DNA of 63,237 nt, the filler included. It is 5 parts of 5 records of this genome, joined end to end, with 100 filler letters (N's around TTAATTAATTAA, not from the genome) between each part and the next. Parts side by side here need not be neighbours in the genome. Positions count along the whole stretch, not along the records: positions 17,528 to 24,913 come from SRR31156797_8765; positions 25,014 to 31,792 come from SRR31156797_8772; 3 more parts are not named here. One strand, given 5' to 3'. Shown here piece after piece: positions 20,356 to 30,935 of this stretch. How positions within the stretch are numbered: the stretch's first letter is position 1; every line of letters begins with the position of its first letter. The position numbers and the translations under genes are program-made. The notes under the pieces were generated by a model, which searched no databases, was not told the DNA's origin, and saw only the letters and a list, made by a program, of their open reading frames with translations.

Positions 20356-22390
20356 ATGGCTACTAGTATTAATACTTCCTGTAGTATTAAATGTAACGGT
20401 GCTTTTTGCACAAGATGATAATAAACCACTCAATATCAATTTTAGTGAGTTAGAAATCGTAGATTTTATTAAGATTACGGCAAAGATACTTGATAAAAAT
20501 ATCTTATTAACAGATGATGTAAAAGGGAAAGTGGATTTTATCTCTAATAATCCTATTTATAAAAAAGATCTTTTAAATCTTGTAACGTATGTATTGCAAG
20601 ATAAAGGGTTTACTATAGTTGATAGTGGTGGAATTTTAAGAGTTGTACGGATAAATGATGCTGCAAAAAGTAATCTAAAAGTTTTTAATAATTCAAGCCC
20701 AAAAAAGTTAAGTGATTTTAATATGATCACAGAGGTTTTTAATATAGAGTTTGCCAATGTTGATTATGTGAGTTCTAAAGTAAGGCACTTAATAAGTAAA
20801 AGTGCAAAACTTGTGACTGATAAAGAATCGAATTCTATCGTACTAACAGATTTTCCATCAAATATTAATACAGTAAAACAAGTGATCAATTATATGATCA
20901 AAGATAGTGAAAGAAAAATAGAGATAATCAATTTACAAAATATCAATGGTACTTCTATAGTAAATGATCTTAAAAGTGTAGCAAAAAGTATTTTTAATGA
21001 AACGATTTTAAAAGAGAAAGTTGAAATTATTTCAAATAAAGATACAAACTCTATCCTTTTTGTTGGAAAGCAAGAAAATGTTGATTTTATGGTTGAGTAT
21101 CTTAAAAATATTGATAAAAATGGAAGTTTGGTTGAAAAAGTTGTTGAAGTAGTGGGTCTTAAAAATGCAGAGTCAGAAAATATCATAAAAATAGTTAATG
21201 GAATTATTGCACAAAAAGTGTATAAAGAGAAAGAGGAGAAACCTTTTGCTTCAAATGATACTGAATCAAACTCTATTATCCTTATGGGACCAAAAGATGA
21301 GATCTCTTATCTAAAAGCAATTATTGCAAAGCTTGATTTTGAAAAGCTTCAAGTGTATGTAAAAGCAAAGATTATGGAGATCAGTCAAATTGGGATTCGA
21401 AATGTAGGGTTTAAGTATGGTTTAAATGCAGGAAAAACGACAAGTACAGGTATCTTTAGTATGGCTACAGAACTTGGTGGAATGTCTGGAGCAAACCTTA
21501 TTTTACCAGATGGATTTGATCTTGATTTTGGAGAACCTACAAGTGTTACTACGACTATTGATGGCGTGACCACTACTACAACAGGAAACTCAAGAATCTC
21601 TGAAGCTTTAGCTCTAGGTGCAACTATAAATTTACTAGAAAACAATGATGCTTTAGAGGTTGTATCTGAGCCATCAATTTTATGTCTAAATAATAAAGAA
21701 TCTTCAATTTATATAGGAACAACAAAGTCGATCCAAATGGGTACAAGCACAGATAAAAATGGAAATGCTACTCCAAAGCTTGAAAGAGCTGATATTGGGC
21801 TTACTTTAAATGTAAAACCAAGAATCTCTAATAAAAATAAAGTGATCTTGGATATTACTACAAAAGTAGAAGATGTAAGTAGTAAACAAACAAACTCTCA
21901 GCCAGATTCAAATAAAAAAGAGCTTCAAACTACAGCGATCGTTTATACAGGTGAATCAGTTATCCTTGGAGGATATACAAAATATAAAGACCAAAAAGTA
22001 GTTGATAAAATTCCATTTTTAGGGGATATCCCAGTTGTAGGAAATCTTTTTAGAAATAAAGTAGATGGACGAGATAAAATAAACCTTGTGATCGTAGTGA
22101 CTCCATATATTGTCCCAAAATCAAAAGACTTAACATATATTAGAAATCAGCTCACTCAGCTTCGAATGCTTGAAGATAAGTACACAAAAGATACCATTTT
22201 AAGACTAGAAGAAGCAAAATTAAAATATCAAAAAGATGATATACAAAGAGATGAAAAGCTAGAAGCTGTAAAGGAAGAACAAGAAAAAGTAGCAGCTGAA
22301 CAAGAGAAAAGAGAAGAGAAAGGAAGTGATGAAACAATTACTTCACAAGAGCGTCATCAACAAAAGATCAATAAGATGTTTGGACTATAA
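20342..22390 (+). CDS. gspD: Type II secretion secretin GspD
   Basis: N0 domain (INFSELEIVDFI), N repeats, QVYVKAKIME, IGLTLNVKP, KIPFLGDIPVVGNLF. Confidence 0.95.
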   Translation: MKLNRWLLVLILPVVLNVTVLFAQDDNKPLNINFSELEIVDFIKITAKILDKNILLTDDVKGKVDFISNNPIYKKDLLNLVTYVLQDKGFTIVDSGGILRVVRINDAAKSNLKVFNNSSPKKLSDFNMITEVFNIEFANVDYVSSKVRHLISKSAKLVTDKESNSIVLTDFPSNINTVKQVINYMIKDSERKIEIINLQNINGTSIVNDLKSVAKSIFNETILKEKVEIISNKDTNSILFVGKQENVDFMVEYLKNIDKNGSLVEKVVEVVGLKNAESENIIKIVNGIIAQKVYKEKEEKPFASNDTESNSIILMGPKDEISYLKAIIAKLDFEKLQVYVKAKIMEISQIGIRNVGFKYGLNAGKTTSTGIFSMATELGGMSGANLILPDGFDLDFGEPTSVTTTIDGVTTTTTGNSRISEALALGATINLLENNDALEVVSEPSILCLNNKESSIYIGTTKSIQMGTSTDKNGNATPKLERADIGLTLNVKPRISNKNKVILDITTKVEDVSSKQTNSQPDSNKKELQTTAIVYTGESVILGGYTKYKDQKVVDKIPFLGDIPVVGNLFRNKVDGRDKINLVIVVTPYIVPKSKDLTYIRNQLTQLRMLEDKYTKDTILRLEEAKLKYQKDDIQRDEKLEAVKEEQEKVAAEQEKREEKGSDETITSQERHQQKINKMFGL

Positions 22391-22393
22391 TTG

Positions 22394-23908
22394 ATGAATA
22401 CCCAAGAGATACACAATATAAATCTTGATGTAGTAGAGTATGAGAACTATGATATTGCATTAAAAAACTATGTTTTATTTTCGACTATAGATGATAAAAC
22501 AGTTATATGTATCACTGTAGAATATCTTTCCCATGCCTTAGATTTTCTCTCAAAAAACAGCTATCCATTTGATGTGGTTGTATTAGATGAGATCTCCTTT
22601 GAAAAGCTCTATCATAAAGCGATAGAGCTTAAAACTGATAAGCAGATGTCAGATATTACCACTTCAACTGAAGATACAGTTATTGAAGATGATAGTATAA
22701 ATATCTCAGAGTATTTAAAAACTGGAGCAGATATTGTAACAGATGAGGGATCAGCTCCTATTATTAAGTTTGTAAACTCCCTTTTTTATCAGGCTATAAA
22801 GAAAAAATCTTCAGATATCCATATTGAGCTTCATGAGTTTAAAGGGGAGGTTCGATACAGAATCGATGGAGTTTTGGTAAAACATATTGAACTTGATAAA
22901 AGTATTATGACTTTGGTCGTTAATAGGATCAAAGTTATCTCAAATCTTGATATTAGTGAAAAAAGGATCCCTCAAGATGGAAGAACTTCTATTAAGATAT
23001 CGGGGCGAGTTTTAGATATTAGGGTTTCAGTTCTGCCAACATTTTATGGTGAGAGAATAGTAATGCGGATCTTGATGCAAAGTAGTGATATTCCATCTTT
23101 GCATCAGCTTGGAATTGCAAAAAATACTATTGATACTCTAGCAAAACTTACTACAAGTTCATATGGGATGATTTTAGTCACAGGACCTACAGGAAGTGGT
23201 AAGTCAACTACTCTGCACTCATTACTCCAAACTATAGAATCACCTCAAAAGAATATTATTACTATCGAGGATCCAGTGGAGTATAAAAGTGATAAGATTA
23301 ATCAGATCCAAGTCAATGAGAAAGTAGGGCTTACCTTTGCAAATGGTCTTCGAAGTATTTTAAGACAAGATCCAGATATTATAATGGTTGGGGAGATTAG
23401 GGATCAAGAATCTGCAAATATCTCTATCCAAGCAGCTCTTACAGGACACTTAGTACTATCGACTCTCCATACAAATCGCGCACCAGCAGCGATCACAAGG
23501 CTTATTGATATGGGACTAGAGAGGTTTTTGATCTCGTCATCTATTTTAGGAGTATTAGCACAAAGATTAGTAAGAAATCTTTGTGAGGTATGTAAAGAGG
23601 AAGATACATTAGCAGAGCATCATGCAAAAGAGTTTGATCTCTCTTCAAATGTGATCTTATATAAACCATGTGGATGTAAAGAGTGTAGTTTTACAGGATA
23701 TAAAGGTCGAAGTGCTATAGGGGAGTTTTTGATCATTGATGATACTATCAAAAGTGCCCTGCAATCTACTGTAGATGATTCACAGCTGATGGATCTAGCT
23801 ATCAAAGGTGGAATGATCCCTTTACCAGTTCAATTAAAAACTATGTTAGTTGAGGGAAAAACCTCTTTAGAAGAGGTTATTCGATTAGGATTAAATAAAG
23901 AGCAATGA
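22394..23908 (+). CDS. gspE: Type II secretion ATPase GspE
   Basis: SDIHIE, RIPQDGR, Walker A GPTGSGKS, LRQDPDIIMVGEIRD, tetracysteine motif. Confidence 0.95.
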   Translation: MNTQEIHNINLDVVEYENYDIALKNYVLFSTIDDKTVICITVEYLSHALDFLSKNSYPFDVVVLDEISFEKLYHKAIELKTDKQMSDITTSTEDTVIEDDSINISEYLKTGADIVTDEGSAPIIKFVNSLFYQAIKKKSSDIHIELHEFKGEVRYRIDGVLVKHIELDKSIMTLVVNRIKVISNLDISEKRIPQDGRTSIKISGRVLDIRVSVLPTFYGERIVMRILMQSSDIPSLHQLGIAKNTIDTLAKLTTSSYGMILVTGPTGSGKSTTLHSLLQTIESPQKNIITIEDPVEYKSDKINQIQVNEKVGLTFANGLRSILRQDPDIIMVGEIRDQESANISIQAALTGHLVLSTLHTNRAPAAITRLIDMGLERFLISSSILGVLAQRLVRNLCEVCKEEDTLAEHHAKEFDLSSNVILYKPCGCKECSFTGYKGRSAIGEFLIIDDTIKSALQSTVDDSQLMDLAIKGGMIPLPVQLKTMLVEGKTSLEEVIRLGLNKEQ

Positions 23909-24294
23909 TGAAAAAAGGGATGGGGCTTATAGAGGTGATCATCTCTATTGTTTTAATTAGTGTAGTTGTGTTAGCCGTTATAAAAACTCAAAAGAATAAC
24001 CTTCATCAGCTTGATAACTTTCAAAGAACTCTTCAGTACCAATCTTTTATCTCTTTAGCAAAACAAGAAAATGCTGAAGATGATAAAACACTCCATTTAG
24101 ATGAACTTATCCCTTTTAAAGATGATAGATTGCGAGAGTATTACAAAGATGTAAAAGTAGAAGTCTCAAAAGAGAAAGAATCTACAGAAAAAATCTCCCA
24201 TAACAATATCAATGTCTCCATAGATATTATTAAAACAAGCTACACCATAGAAGATAAAACAAAACAAGACTTTTATCGATTTGAGATCAAATGA
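23905..24294 (+). CDS. Minor pseudopilin (GspI-like)
   Basis: Prepilin motif KKG|MGLIEV plus hydrophobic helix. Confidence 0.7.
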   Translation: MMKKGMGLIEVIISIVLISVVVLAVIKTQKNNLHQLDNFQRTLQYQSFISLAKQENAEDDKTLHLDELIPFKDDRLREYYKDVKVEVSKEKESTEKISHNNINVSIDIIKTSYTIEDKTKQDFYRFEIK

Positions 24295-24800
24295 AACAAT
24301 ATAGAGCTTTTACTTTAGTAGAGATTTTGATCTCTATTGCACTTTTTTCTATGATAATACTTACTTTATATAAGGTATTAGATGAGTTTAATTTCTCCAG
24401 TAAGTTTTATACAAAAAAATTAGATGAGATAAGTAGTATTAAAGAGATCAAGATGGTATTTTTCAATGATTTTTTAAAAATGAAAGAGGAGAGTTTAATT
24501 ATAGAGACTTTAGATACCAGTACTACTGGAAATATGTTATTACAGTTTCAATCATATAACTACTATCATAATCCATTTTATTCCCATATCACATATATGG
24601 TTTCAAAGCAGAATAATCTTTTACGAATTGAAAGTGCAGAGGTTTTTGAGAGAAAAAGCATACAAGAAGGATTTTTTAAAACAGCTTATATTGATACGAT
24701 AGTTAAAGATGTAGATAGTTTTAAAGTGGAACAAAAAGAGAAAAAACTTAATCTTTATGTTATAAAAAAAGATGGTGAAATTATTACATTTCACTACTAA
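24291..24800 (+). CDS. Minor pseudopilin (GspJ-like)
   Basis: Prepilin motif RA|FTLVE. Confidence 0.75.
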   Translation: MKQYRAFTLVEILISIALFSMIILTLYKVLDEFNFSSKFYTKKLDEISSIKEIKMVFFNDFLKMKEESLIIETLDTSTTGNMLLQFQSYNYYHNPFYSHITYMVSKQNNLLRIESAEVFERKSIQEGFFKTAYIDTIVKDVDSFKVEQKEKKLNLYVIKKDGEIITFHY

Positions 24801-24805
24801 AAATC

Positions 24806-24913
24806 TTACTGGGGGAGATTGACGAGCGTATGCACCTTATTGATATCAAAGGTGATAGTAAATGTAGTTGATTGTTTAAAACTACTTACATTGATTTGTC
24901 CATTTATCTTTTC
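24806..24913 (-). CDS. 3' end of probable sensor histidine kinase (HATPase_c tail), partial
   Basis: Manual translation EKINGQINVSSFKQSTTFTITFDINKVHTLVNLPQ*. Confidence 0.55.
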   Translation of the reverse strand, partial: EKINGQINVSSFKQSTTFTITFDINKVHTLVNLPQ

Positions 24914-25013
24914 NNNNNNNNNNNNNNNNNNNNNNNNNNNNNNNNNNNNNNNNNNNNTTAATTAATTAANNNNNNNNNNNNNNNNNNNNNNNNNNNNNNN
25001 NNNNNNNNNNNNN
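24914..25013. other. Artificial contig spacer
   Basis: N-run with TTAATTAATTAA. Confidence 0.99.
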
Positions 25014-25950
25014 CAACGACCAACCCGTCATAAGCAACCGTCACCGGCACGGACAGCCCTTTTGATTTAAAAACAGCCTCGGCCGCGGCCTGCCATTCTT
25101 CCTGACACCTGGGAACCGAAAAAGGCCTGCCGGTAACGGGATCGAGCATCGGGTCCAGGGGAGCATCCTTTTTCATGTAGTCGCTTTCAGTTTCCCCTTC
25201 GGCCAGGTCCTGGTCCGACATGTGAACCAGGAATACCCTTTCCCCGGGATTACAGCCTTTTACAAATTCGACCAAATTCTGCAGGCTCATGTGCGACGGC
25301 CTGTTTTCAACCGGTTCGTTAAACCAGTGGGCCTGGGTTACCAGGATATCGGGGTTTTTCATTTCTTCCGGAGCGTCAGGCACGTCTTTGAAATCAGAAG
25401 TATAGACCAGTTTTTTCATACCCGCGCCTGAACGGTAATTGATTATGTAACCGACCGATCCTCTAGGCATGGGCCCGTGGTCGGTATTAAATGGCATTAT
25501 GGAAAAGTCGTCGCCGGTTATTCCCGGCAAAGGCGCCCCGGTGCCGGCGATTCTTTTTTCAAGCAACTTGCCCAGAAGATATCCAAAACGGGTTTCGACG
25601 GTTTGCCAGGCCAATTCGTGAGCATAGGTCGGGATAGGGTCAAACCGGCCTGCTTTTTCACTTCTTCTGAAAGCTTCCAGGTCGTCCAGGCCAAGATAGT
25701 GATCCCCGTGTTCGTGGGAAAGCAGAATAATATCAGGTTTATCCAGTCCAGATGCTTCCAATTGATCGGTTATATCGGGACCGCAATCCAGTAAAACCCG
25801 GGCCGGCCCCTCAAACCATAGAGCAGCCCTGGTTCTTTTTTCTCCCCTGGCCCTCATTGTCTCGCAAATCACGCATGGACAGCCCAGTTCCGGTGTGCGC
25901 CAGGCCGGTCCTGTTCCTAAAAAAACAAGCTTTGCGTTATTCAAGGTCAC
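25014..25950 (-). CDS. MBL-fold metallohydrolase (PhnP/YycJ-like), 3' truncated
   Basis: FLGTG, CPCVIC, DCGPD, SHEHGDH (HxHxDH), YTSD, AYDG. Confidence 0.85.
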
Positions 25951-26053
25951 GCGCTTTCGGCCTCCAGTCCTTTAAACTTGAAAAAATAGCGTAATAATGC
26001 TAAGATACTTCAAATTTAATCCGGGGCCAATGATTATTTCAGGACTTTAGGCT

Positions 26054-26932
26054 GTGGTAAAAATAATTATAGTGTTGATTTCGGGGCTTGTATTGGGGGT
26101 CGGACTGACCGCGGCCCTCCGCCAGTGGGGTCCCTTTGCCATCCCCGGCCGCTCCACGCCTCGGCCCAATTTAAGAAAAAGCAAATTTGACATCTTTATA
26201 TTGCCTGTTGTCGGGGCCATGATTATATGCCTTCTGGCCTGGGCCGGGCTTGGTTTGCTACTCTTTCCCGACAAGCCGGAAGATGAAAAAGTAGCCAATG
26301 CCGTCTCCCAAACGCTGCCGGGCAATGAAGAGAAAAAAGCCGGAAATGAGGAACCCCCTCCGAGTAAGGTCAAAGGCCGGGGTTCAGTGCAGGAAGACGG
26401 GCGCCGCCTTTTGGTGGCGGACTCGCCTCTGGCCAGGGCGGCCCTTAAGGTTTCTCCGGTAAGCAGCAGGCTTGATGTTGTAGGCTCGCAGGCCAAGTCC
26501 AAGTCATCCGCCGTGTGGCAGGATGTTCAGGTTTCGAAAAAAGCCGAGGATAAAAAGCCGGTAAATCAACAGAAAAAACCGGCGGCCCAAACGCCCGCGT
26601 CTACAACCGCCCAAAAGAAAAAGAAACCGGAGCCAACGGAACGCAAGGCTGCAACAAATCCCAATTCCGGCCTCGAATTCACGGTTCACTTGGCCTCATT
26701 CAGCGAAAAAGCAAACGCCGACAGGAATCTGGCCAAATTGAAGGCAGCCGGCGCCCCCGCTTTTGTTTCCCGCATTCAATTGAATTCCGGGGTCTGGCAC
26801 CGGCTTATGGTCGGTCGTTTTAAAACCCGTTCCAAGGCCGAGGCCTACGGCCGTGAACTCAAGCAAAAGGGTTTGACCACGGAAGGCGCCTTTACAGTAA
26901 AACCCATAGTTATCGAACCCGATTCGGGTTGA
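26054..26932 (+). CDS. SPOR-domain cell-division/peptidoglycan-binding membrane protein
   Basis: Two TMs, K/P-rich linker, FTVHLASF...WHRLMVGRF SPOR domain. Confidence 0.85.
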   Translation: MVKIIIVLISGLVLGVGLTAALRQWGPFAIPGRSTPRPNLRKSKFDIFILPVVGAMIICLLAWAGLGLLLFPDKPEDEKVANAVSQTLPGNEEKKAGNEEPPPSKVKGRGSVQEDGRRLLVADSPLARAALKVSPVSSRLDVVGSQAKSKSSAVWQDVQVSKKAEDKKPVNQQKKPAAQTPASTTAQKKKKPEPTERKAATNPNSGLEFTVHLASFSEKANADRNLAKLKAAGAPAFVSRIQLNSGVWHRLMVGRFKTRSKAEAYGRELKQKGLTTEGAFTVKPIVIEPDSG

Positions 26933-26959
26933 TTCTTGTGGTAATAGAGAAAAAATAGC

Positions 26960-26987
26960 AAAAGGGCGCCGCCAGGGGCCCTTTTTT
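26960..26987 (+). terminator. Rho-independent terminator
   Basis: AAAAGGGC..GCCCTTTTTT. Confidence 0.7.
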
Positions 26988-27185
26988 AATAAGCAAAGCC
27001 GCTTCAGGGCAAAACCCGGGCGCTCCCAAAGGGGCAAGCTAACCACAGAAAACTTATCCTGCAGATAACATTACAAATTTATATTTTATGACTTGAGCGA
27101 GTGTTCCGGACTATGTAATGGCGAACTTCGGGCTGATATAAGGGTTGTCCTCTTGGGGTCAATTGTTTTGCATAGCTAACAGTTT

Positions 27186-27342
27186 GTCATTCCTCCAAAA
27201 ACAGGAACCCATGTCGAATAGGGCTATGGGGATCGATAAATGATGAATACCGGAAATGTATAAGACGTTGGAATCAGGATCTCTTAATACTTCTCTTACT
27301 CCTCCGGCGTTTATTCTGAATCACCGTTTTCGCGGGGATGAC
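27186..27342. repeat. Degenerate inverted REP-like pair (GTCATTCCCGCG-type)
   Basis: GTCATTCCTCCAAAAACAGGAACCCA (27186) and inverted TGAATCACCGTTTTCGCGGGGATGAC (ends 27342). Confidence 0.55.
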
Positions 27343-27549
27343 AAAAGGTAGAGTCGGGAAGTATTTGAGAGTCTCAAGTCTGATCCTCTTTTGGACAAGT
27401 GTGGCGCCGAAAAATTAATCTAACCAACCATATTTTCCCTTCGTCAGCCTGGTCATGGCGGCAGCAGCAAAAAATAAGGCAATAGCGATGAGCGCCCGAA
27501 AAACTGCCTGATAGGGTTTTTGACGCGGCGAAATGACTTGACCACGATT

Positions 27550-27573
27550 CGGTATTTTGGTACCGTGGTACCA
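27550..27573 (+). promoter_or_regulatory. Tandem 8-bp operator-like boxes upstream of small DNA-binding gene
   Basis: CGGTATTT-TGGTACCG-TGGTACCA. Confidence 0.55.
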
Positions 27574-27610
27574 CTGAATCTAAAAATGATTTAACAGAAG
27601 GTGATCCAGT

Positions 27611-27859
27611 ATGGCAGGAAAAAAAATTGAGCGCGTTCAAACCGGGGTGCGAATTGAGAAGCGGATATTGAAGGTTCTGAAGGCTGTCGCCACACATCAC
27701 GAGATGACTCTTGGCGATCTGATGGAAGGCATAGTGCTGCACAGTTTTGAAGATAAGTCGCCGTTTAGCCAGGATACCCTTACCTTGATTGGAAAAATGA
27801 AAGAAATTTATGGGCTGGATTTGACATCTGCCGATAGTCACAAACTATCCGAGGAATAG
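27611..27859 (+). CDS. Small ribbon-helix-helix-like protein
   Basis: Alternating beta strand RVQTGVRIE followed by two helices; SD GAAGGTGA. Confidence 0.65.
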   Translation: MAGKKIERVQTGVRIEKRILKVLKAVATHHEMTLGDLMEGIVLHSFEDKSPFSQDTLTLIGKMKEIYGLDLTSADSHKLSEE

Positions 27860-27862
27860 AGA

Positions 27863-28471
27863 ATGTGGCACTCTGCTGATTTTATGGTCTTTCTGACCGC
27901 CTTGGGGCTTGCTGCCGTAATGCCGGGACCAGGGCTGGCGGCAATTGTCGCGACAACATTCGAGGGCGGCGCCGTCAGGGCGTTCTGGTTTTGCCTTGGT
28001 GTGATTACGGGTGATCTTGTCTGGCTCTCTTTGTCAATCCATGGCCTGGGGCTGATTGCCCTGAAAATACCCATGCTTTTTATGATAATTAAATGGGGCG
28101 GCGTCCTGTACCTGCTGTTACTGGCAGTCAGGCTGTGGCGTGCGCCTTCGGATCAGAAAACCAAAGCCTCCGTGCGCAGCCAAAGCTTTCCGGTCGCATC
28201 AGGTTTTGCCGTCACGATGGGCAATCCCAAGGCCATGCTGTTTTATCTTTCCCTTTTACCGAGCATTGTTGATCCAAATGTAATGTCAATTTCCATGGTC
28301 TTGGCCCTATCAGTGTCGGTTGTCGTTGTCCTGTCTTCAGTCTTTTTCATTTACGTATATTTTACTCTCAGGGCCCGCGCTGCTCTTTCGAGCAGCCAAT
28401 CGTCCGGAAGGATGAATCGCATAGCATCAATCGCGCTGGCCGGAGCCGCCGCCTGGATTGTAGTCAAGTAA
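27863..28471 (+). CDS. LysE/RhtB family exporter
   Basis: PGPG, G..GD and NPKA motifs; 6 TMs. Confidence 0.9.
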   Translation: MWHSADFMVFLTALGLAAVMPGPGLAAIVATTFEGGAVRAFWFCLGVITGDLVWLSLSIHGLGLIALKIPMLFMIIKWGGVLYLLLLAVRLWRAPSDQKTKASVRSQSFPVASGFAVTMGNPKAMLFYLSLLPSIVDPNVMSISMVLALSVSVVVVLSSVFFIYVYFTLRARAALSSSQSSGRMNRIASIALAGAAAWIVVK

Positions 28472-28532
28472 TGCAGCTTATATGTTCGGTTCGGGCCGGA
28501 ACCGGAAAACAAGTGAAAGGAATGGTAAAACA

Positions 28533-28985
28533 ATGAGCTCTGTAAAGCATTCGAAAAAATTCAGCATAAACCAACCTATTGAATTATTATTTCCTCTGTT
28601 TAGTGCGGAGGGTGAAAAACTGTGGGTTCCAGGTTGGGACTATGAAAATGTCATGGGATCAAATGAGTTACATGAAGACTATATCTTCTTGACACAAAAC
28701 CACGATCACGCTTCGACTAAAGCAATTTGGCTGGTAAAGCAATATGATCTAAATGAATATTTAGTACAGTTCTATAAAGTAGAACCAGAGGATAAAGTGG
28801 GTATTATTTCTGTTCAGTGTCTACAAATTGATGATTCGAAAACTGAAGTGGAAGTAACCTATCACTACATAGGCATAAGTGAAAAAGGAAATGAATTTAT
28901 TAAACAATTCACTTTAGAAGAACACGAAAAATTCATAGGCGAGTGGGAAAATTTACTATTAAAGTACTTCGAATCAAAGTGCTGA
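28533..28985 (+). CDS. SRPBCC/START-like hypothetical protein
   Basis: LFPLFSAEGEKLWVPGW...TEVEVTY helix-grip pattern. Confidence 0.6.
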   Translation: MSSVKHSKKFSINQPIELLFPLFSAEGEKLWVPGWDYENVMGSNELHEDYIFLTQNHDHASTKAIWLVKQYDLNEYLVQFYKVEPEDKVGIISVQCLQIDDSKTEVEVTYHYIGISEKGNEFIKQFTLEEHEKFIGEWENLLLKYFESKC

Positions 28986-29035
28986 CATTCGTTCGGCAAA
29001 GAAGCGGTTAATGATAATTAGGACGAATGCCTGAT

Positions 29036-29932
29036 TCAGTTTAAAAGCTCCATGAACGCGCCGCCCAGAATGGTTTTTCTTTCCTCATCCTCTAGGGGCA
29101 ATTCCATAAACCAGCTTAGTGATTCCTCGGGGTAACGATAGGGAGCATCCGTTCCGAACACAATTTTGTCAGCTCCTTTGCGCCGTATTATTTCAAAAGC
29201 CTTTTCTTTTGAAATCAAGGGATGAATATAGGACAGGTCAAAATAGACGTTATCCAGGTCATACAAGGGGTCCAACAAATCCCAGCCATGGCAGCAGCCC
29301 AGGTGGGCGGCAATGATTCTTAAACCCGGGAATCGTTTGGCTGTTTCCGCGATTCTTTCAGGATTGTTTTCCAGGCCGGCCCTATCGGCCATCTCCAACA
29401 GGGGTCCGAGTTCCGGCTTGGCCGCGGTAGCCCCGGCCAGGGACATGGCGTCCATTAGCACCACCAGGCCGGTTTTTTCGAGCAAACCGTACAACTTCTG
29501 GAGTTCGGACGAAGCTGTATCGAACATCTGGACCAGTGAATGCAGCTTCACGCCCTTAATACCCAGATCGGCGATCGCCTTTACATCATCTTCCACACTG
29601 TCCGAATAAGGGTGAACCGAGCCGAAAGGTATGATTTGCGAAAATTCTTCGGCCAGGCCGGCTACCCAGCGGGTCAGCTCTCTACAGTGTTCGGGCTTGC
29701 TTGAAGCAGGCAGGATGACCATCCTGTCTATCCCGGCTTCCCTTTCCTTTTCCAGTAAAACGTCAAGGGAAATGTCGAAGCACGGGGTCCAGTTATGGGG
29801 ACTGTTGCTCTCAAGGTTTTTATCCAATAGCGTGGAATGCTTACGCACGGAGGGAATGTCTTCCGGCATCCAGGCGTGGGTGTGACAATCAATGATTAAG
29901 GGTTTTTCCCGGTTGGATTCTAGTTCAAACAT
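29036..29932 (-). CDS. Amidohydrolase_2 family protein
   Basis: IDCHTH, GVKLH, AAHLG, FGTDAPY. Confidence 0.88.
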   Translation of the reverse strand: MFELESNREKPLIIDCHTHAWMPEDIPSVRKHSTLLDKNLESNSPHNWTPCFDISLDVLLEKEREAGIDRMVILPASSKPEHCRELTRWVAGLAEEFSQIIPFGSVHPYSDSVEDDVKAIADLGIKGVKLHSLVQMFDTASSELQKLYGLLEKTGLVVLMDAMSLAGATAAKPELGPLLEMADRAGLENNPERIAETAKRFPGLRIIAAHLGCCHGWDLLDPLYDLDNVYFDLSYIHPLISKEKAFEIIRRKGADKIVFGTDAPYRYPEESLSWFMELPLEDEERKTILGGAFMELLN

Positions 29933-30012
29933 GAATGCGGATTTAGCACGACTCGGCTTCGGCGGTCAAGGCGATACTATCAGTTTTGGTCGGCCGGGAG
30001 GTCTTTTTCCGG

Positions 30013-30924
30013 CTAATCGACCGCGTGTTCTTTTTCTTCATCCGATGGATCGACATGAATAATGATCCGGTCAAGCTCTTCCACTTCCTTATGCAGGCAG
30101 CTTTCAACTTCCTTGGCGATTCTATGCCCGTCAATAACAGTAAGCCAGCCTAAAACAACGATATGAAGCTCCATCTGGTACAGGCCCCCGGAAGACCTGA
30201 CCTTTATGTCATGAACATCTATAACGCCCTTGACGTCCAGGGTGCAGGACCTTATGTGCTCAACCACTTCTGCGCTTGGCGCCGTATCGGTGAATTCCAG
30301 AATTGAAGACCAGATAAAATCAATGCCCACCTTAATAATAAGCAGGGATACCACCAGGGCGGCATATGCATCCAGGACGCACCATTCCGGCTTGATATTC
30401 GCGGCCGCCACGCCTGCCAGAACCGCTACCGAAGACAGGGCGTCCGACCTGTGATGCCAGGCATTGGCCTGAATAGCCCTGCTTTTTATTTTTTTTCCAA
30501 CATTTACCGTATAACGGTACACGGCCTCCTTGAACAGAATTGATAAAGCCGCTACAACAATGGCCAGAATTCCGGGATGCGTCGTACTCCCGGTATAGAT
30601 ACTGCGGGCGGAATTATAACCTATGCTTACAGCCGCGATAATAATCAGTATTCCTATGGACGCGGAAGCCAGGGTTTCGATGCGTGCATGACCGAATGGG
30701 TGGGTTTCATCCGGTGCTTTACGGCCGACCTTCACCGCGGCCAAAACAATGATATCCGACAGCAGATCGGATATTGAATGAAATGCATCGGCTACAAGGG
30801 CCTGGCTGCGGCCAAAGAAACCGCCGGCGAATTTTAGTGCGATCAAGAGCAGATTGACGAAAATCCCGGCCCAGGTGACTTTTTGGCCGGCCTTTACATC
30901 ATCCTTTAAATCAAATTCGACCAT
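30013..30924 (-). CDS. Cation diffusion facilitator (FieF-like) transporter
   Basis: ADAFHSISD, HPFGHARIE, WHHRSD, IHVDP. Confidence 0.93.
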   Translation of the reverse strand: MVEFDLKDDVKAGQKVTWAGIFVNLLLIALKFAGGFFGRSQALVADAFHSISDLLSDIIVLAAVKVGRKAPDETHPFGHARIETLASASIGILIIIAAVSIGYNSARSIYTGSTTHPGILAIVVAALSILFKEAVYRYTVNVGKKIKSRAIQANAWHHRSDALSSVAVLAGVAAANIKPEWCVLDAYAALVVSLLIIKVGIDFIWSSILEFTDTAPSAEVVEHIRSCTLDVKGVIDVHDIKVRSSGGLYQMELHIVVLGWLTVIDGHRIAKEVESCLHKEVEELDRIIIHVDPSDEEKEHAVD

Positions 30925-30935
30925 TAAAACCCCGT

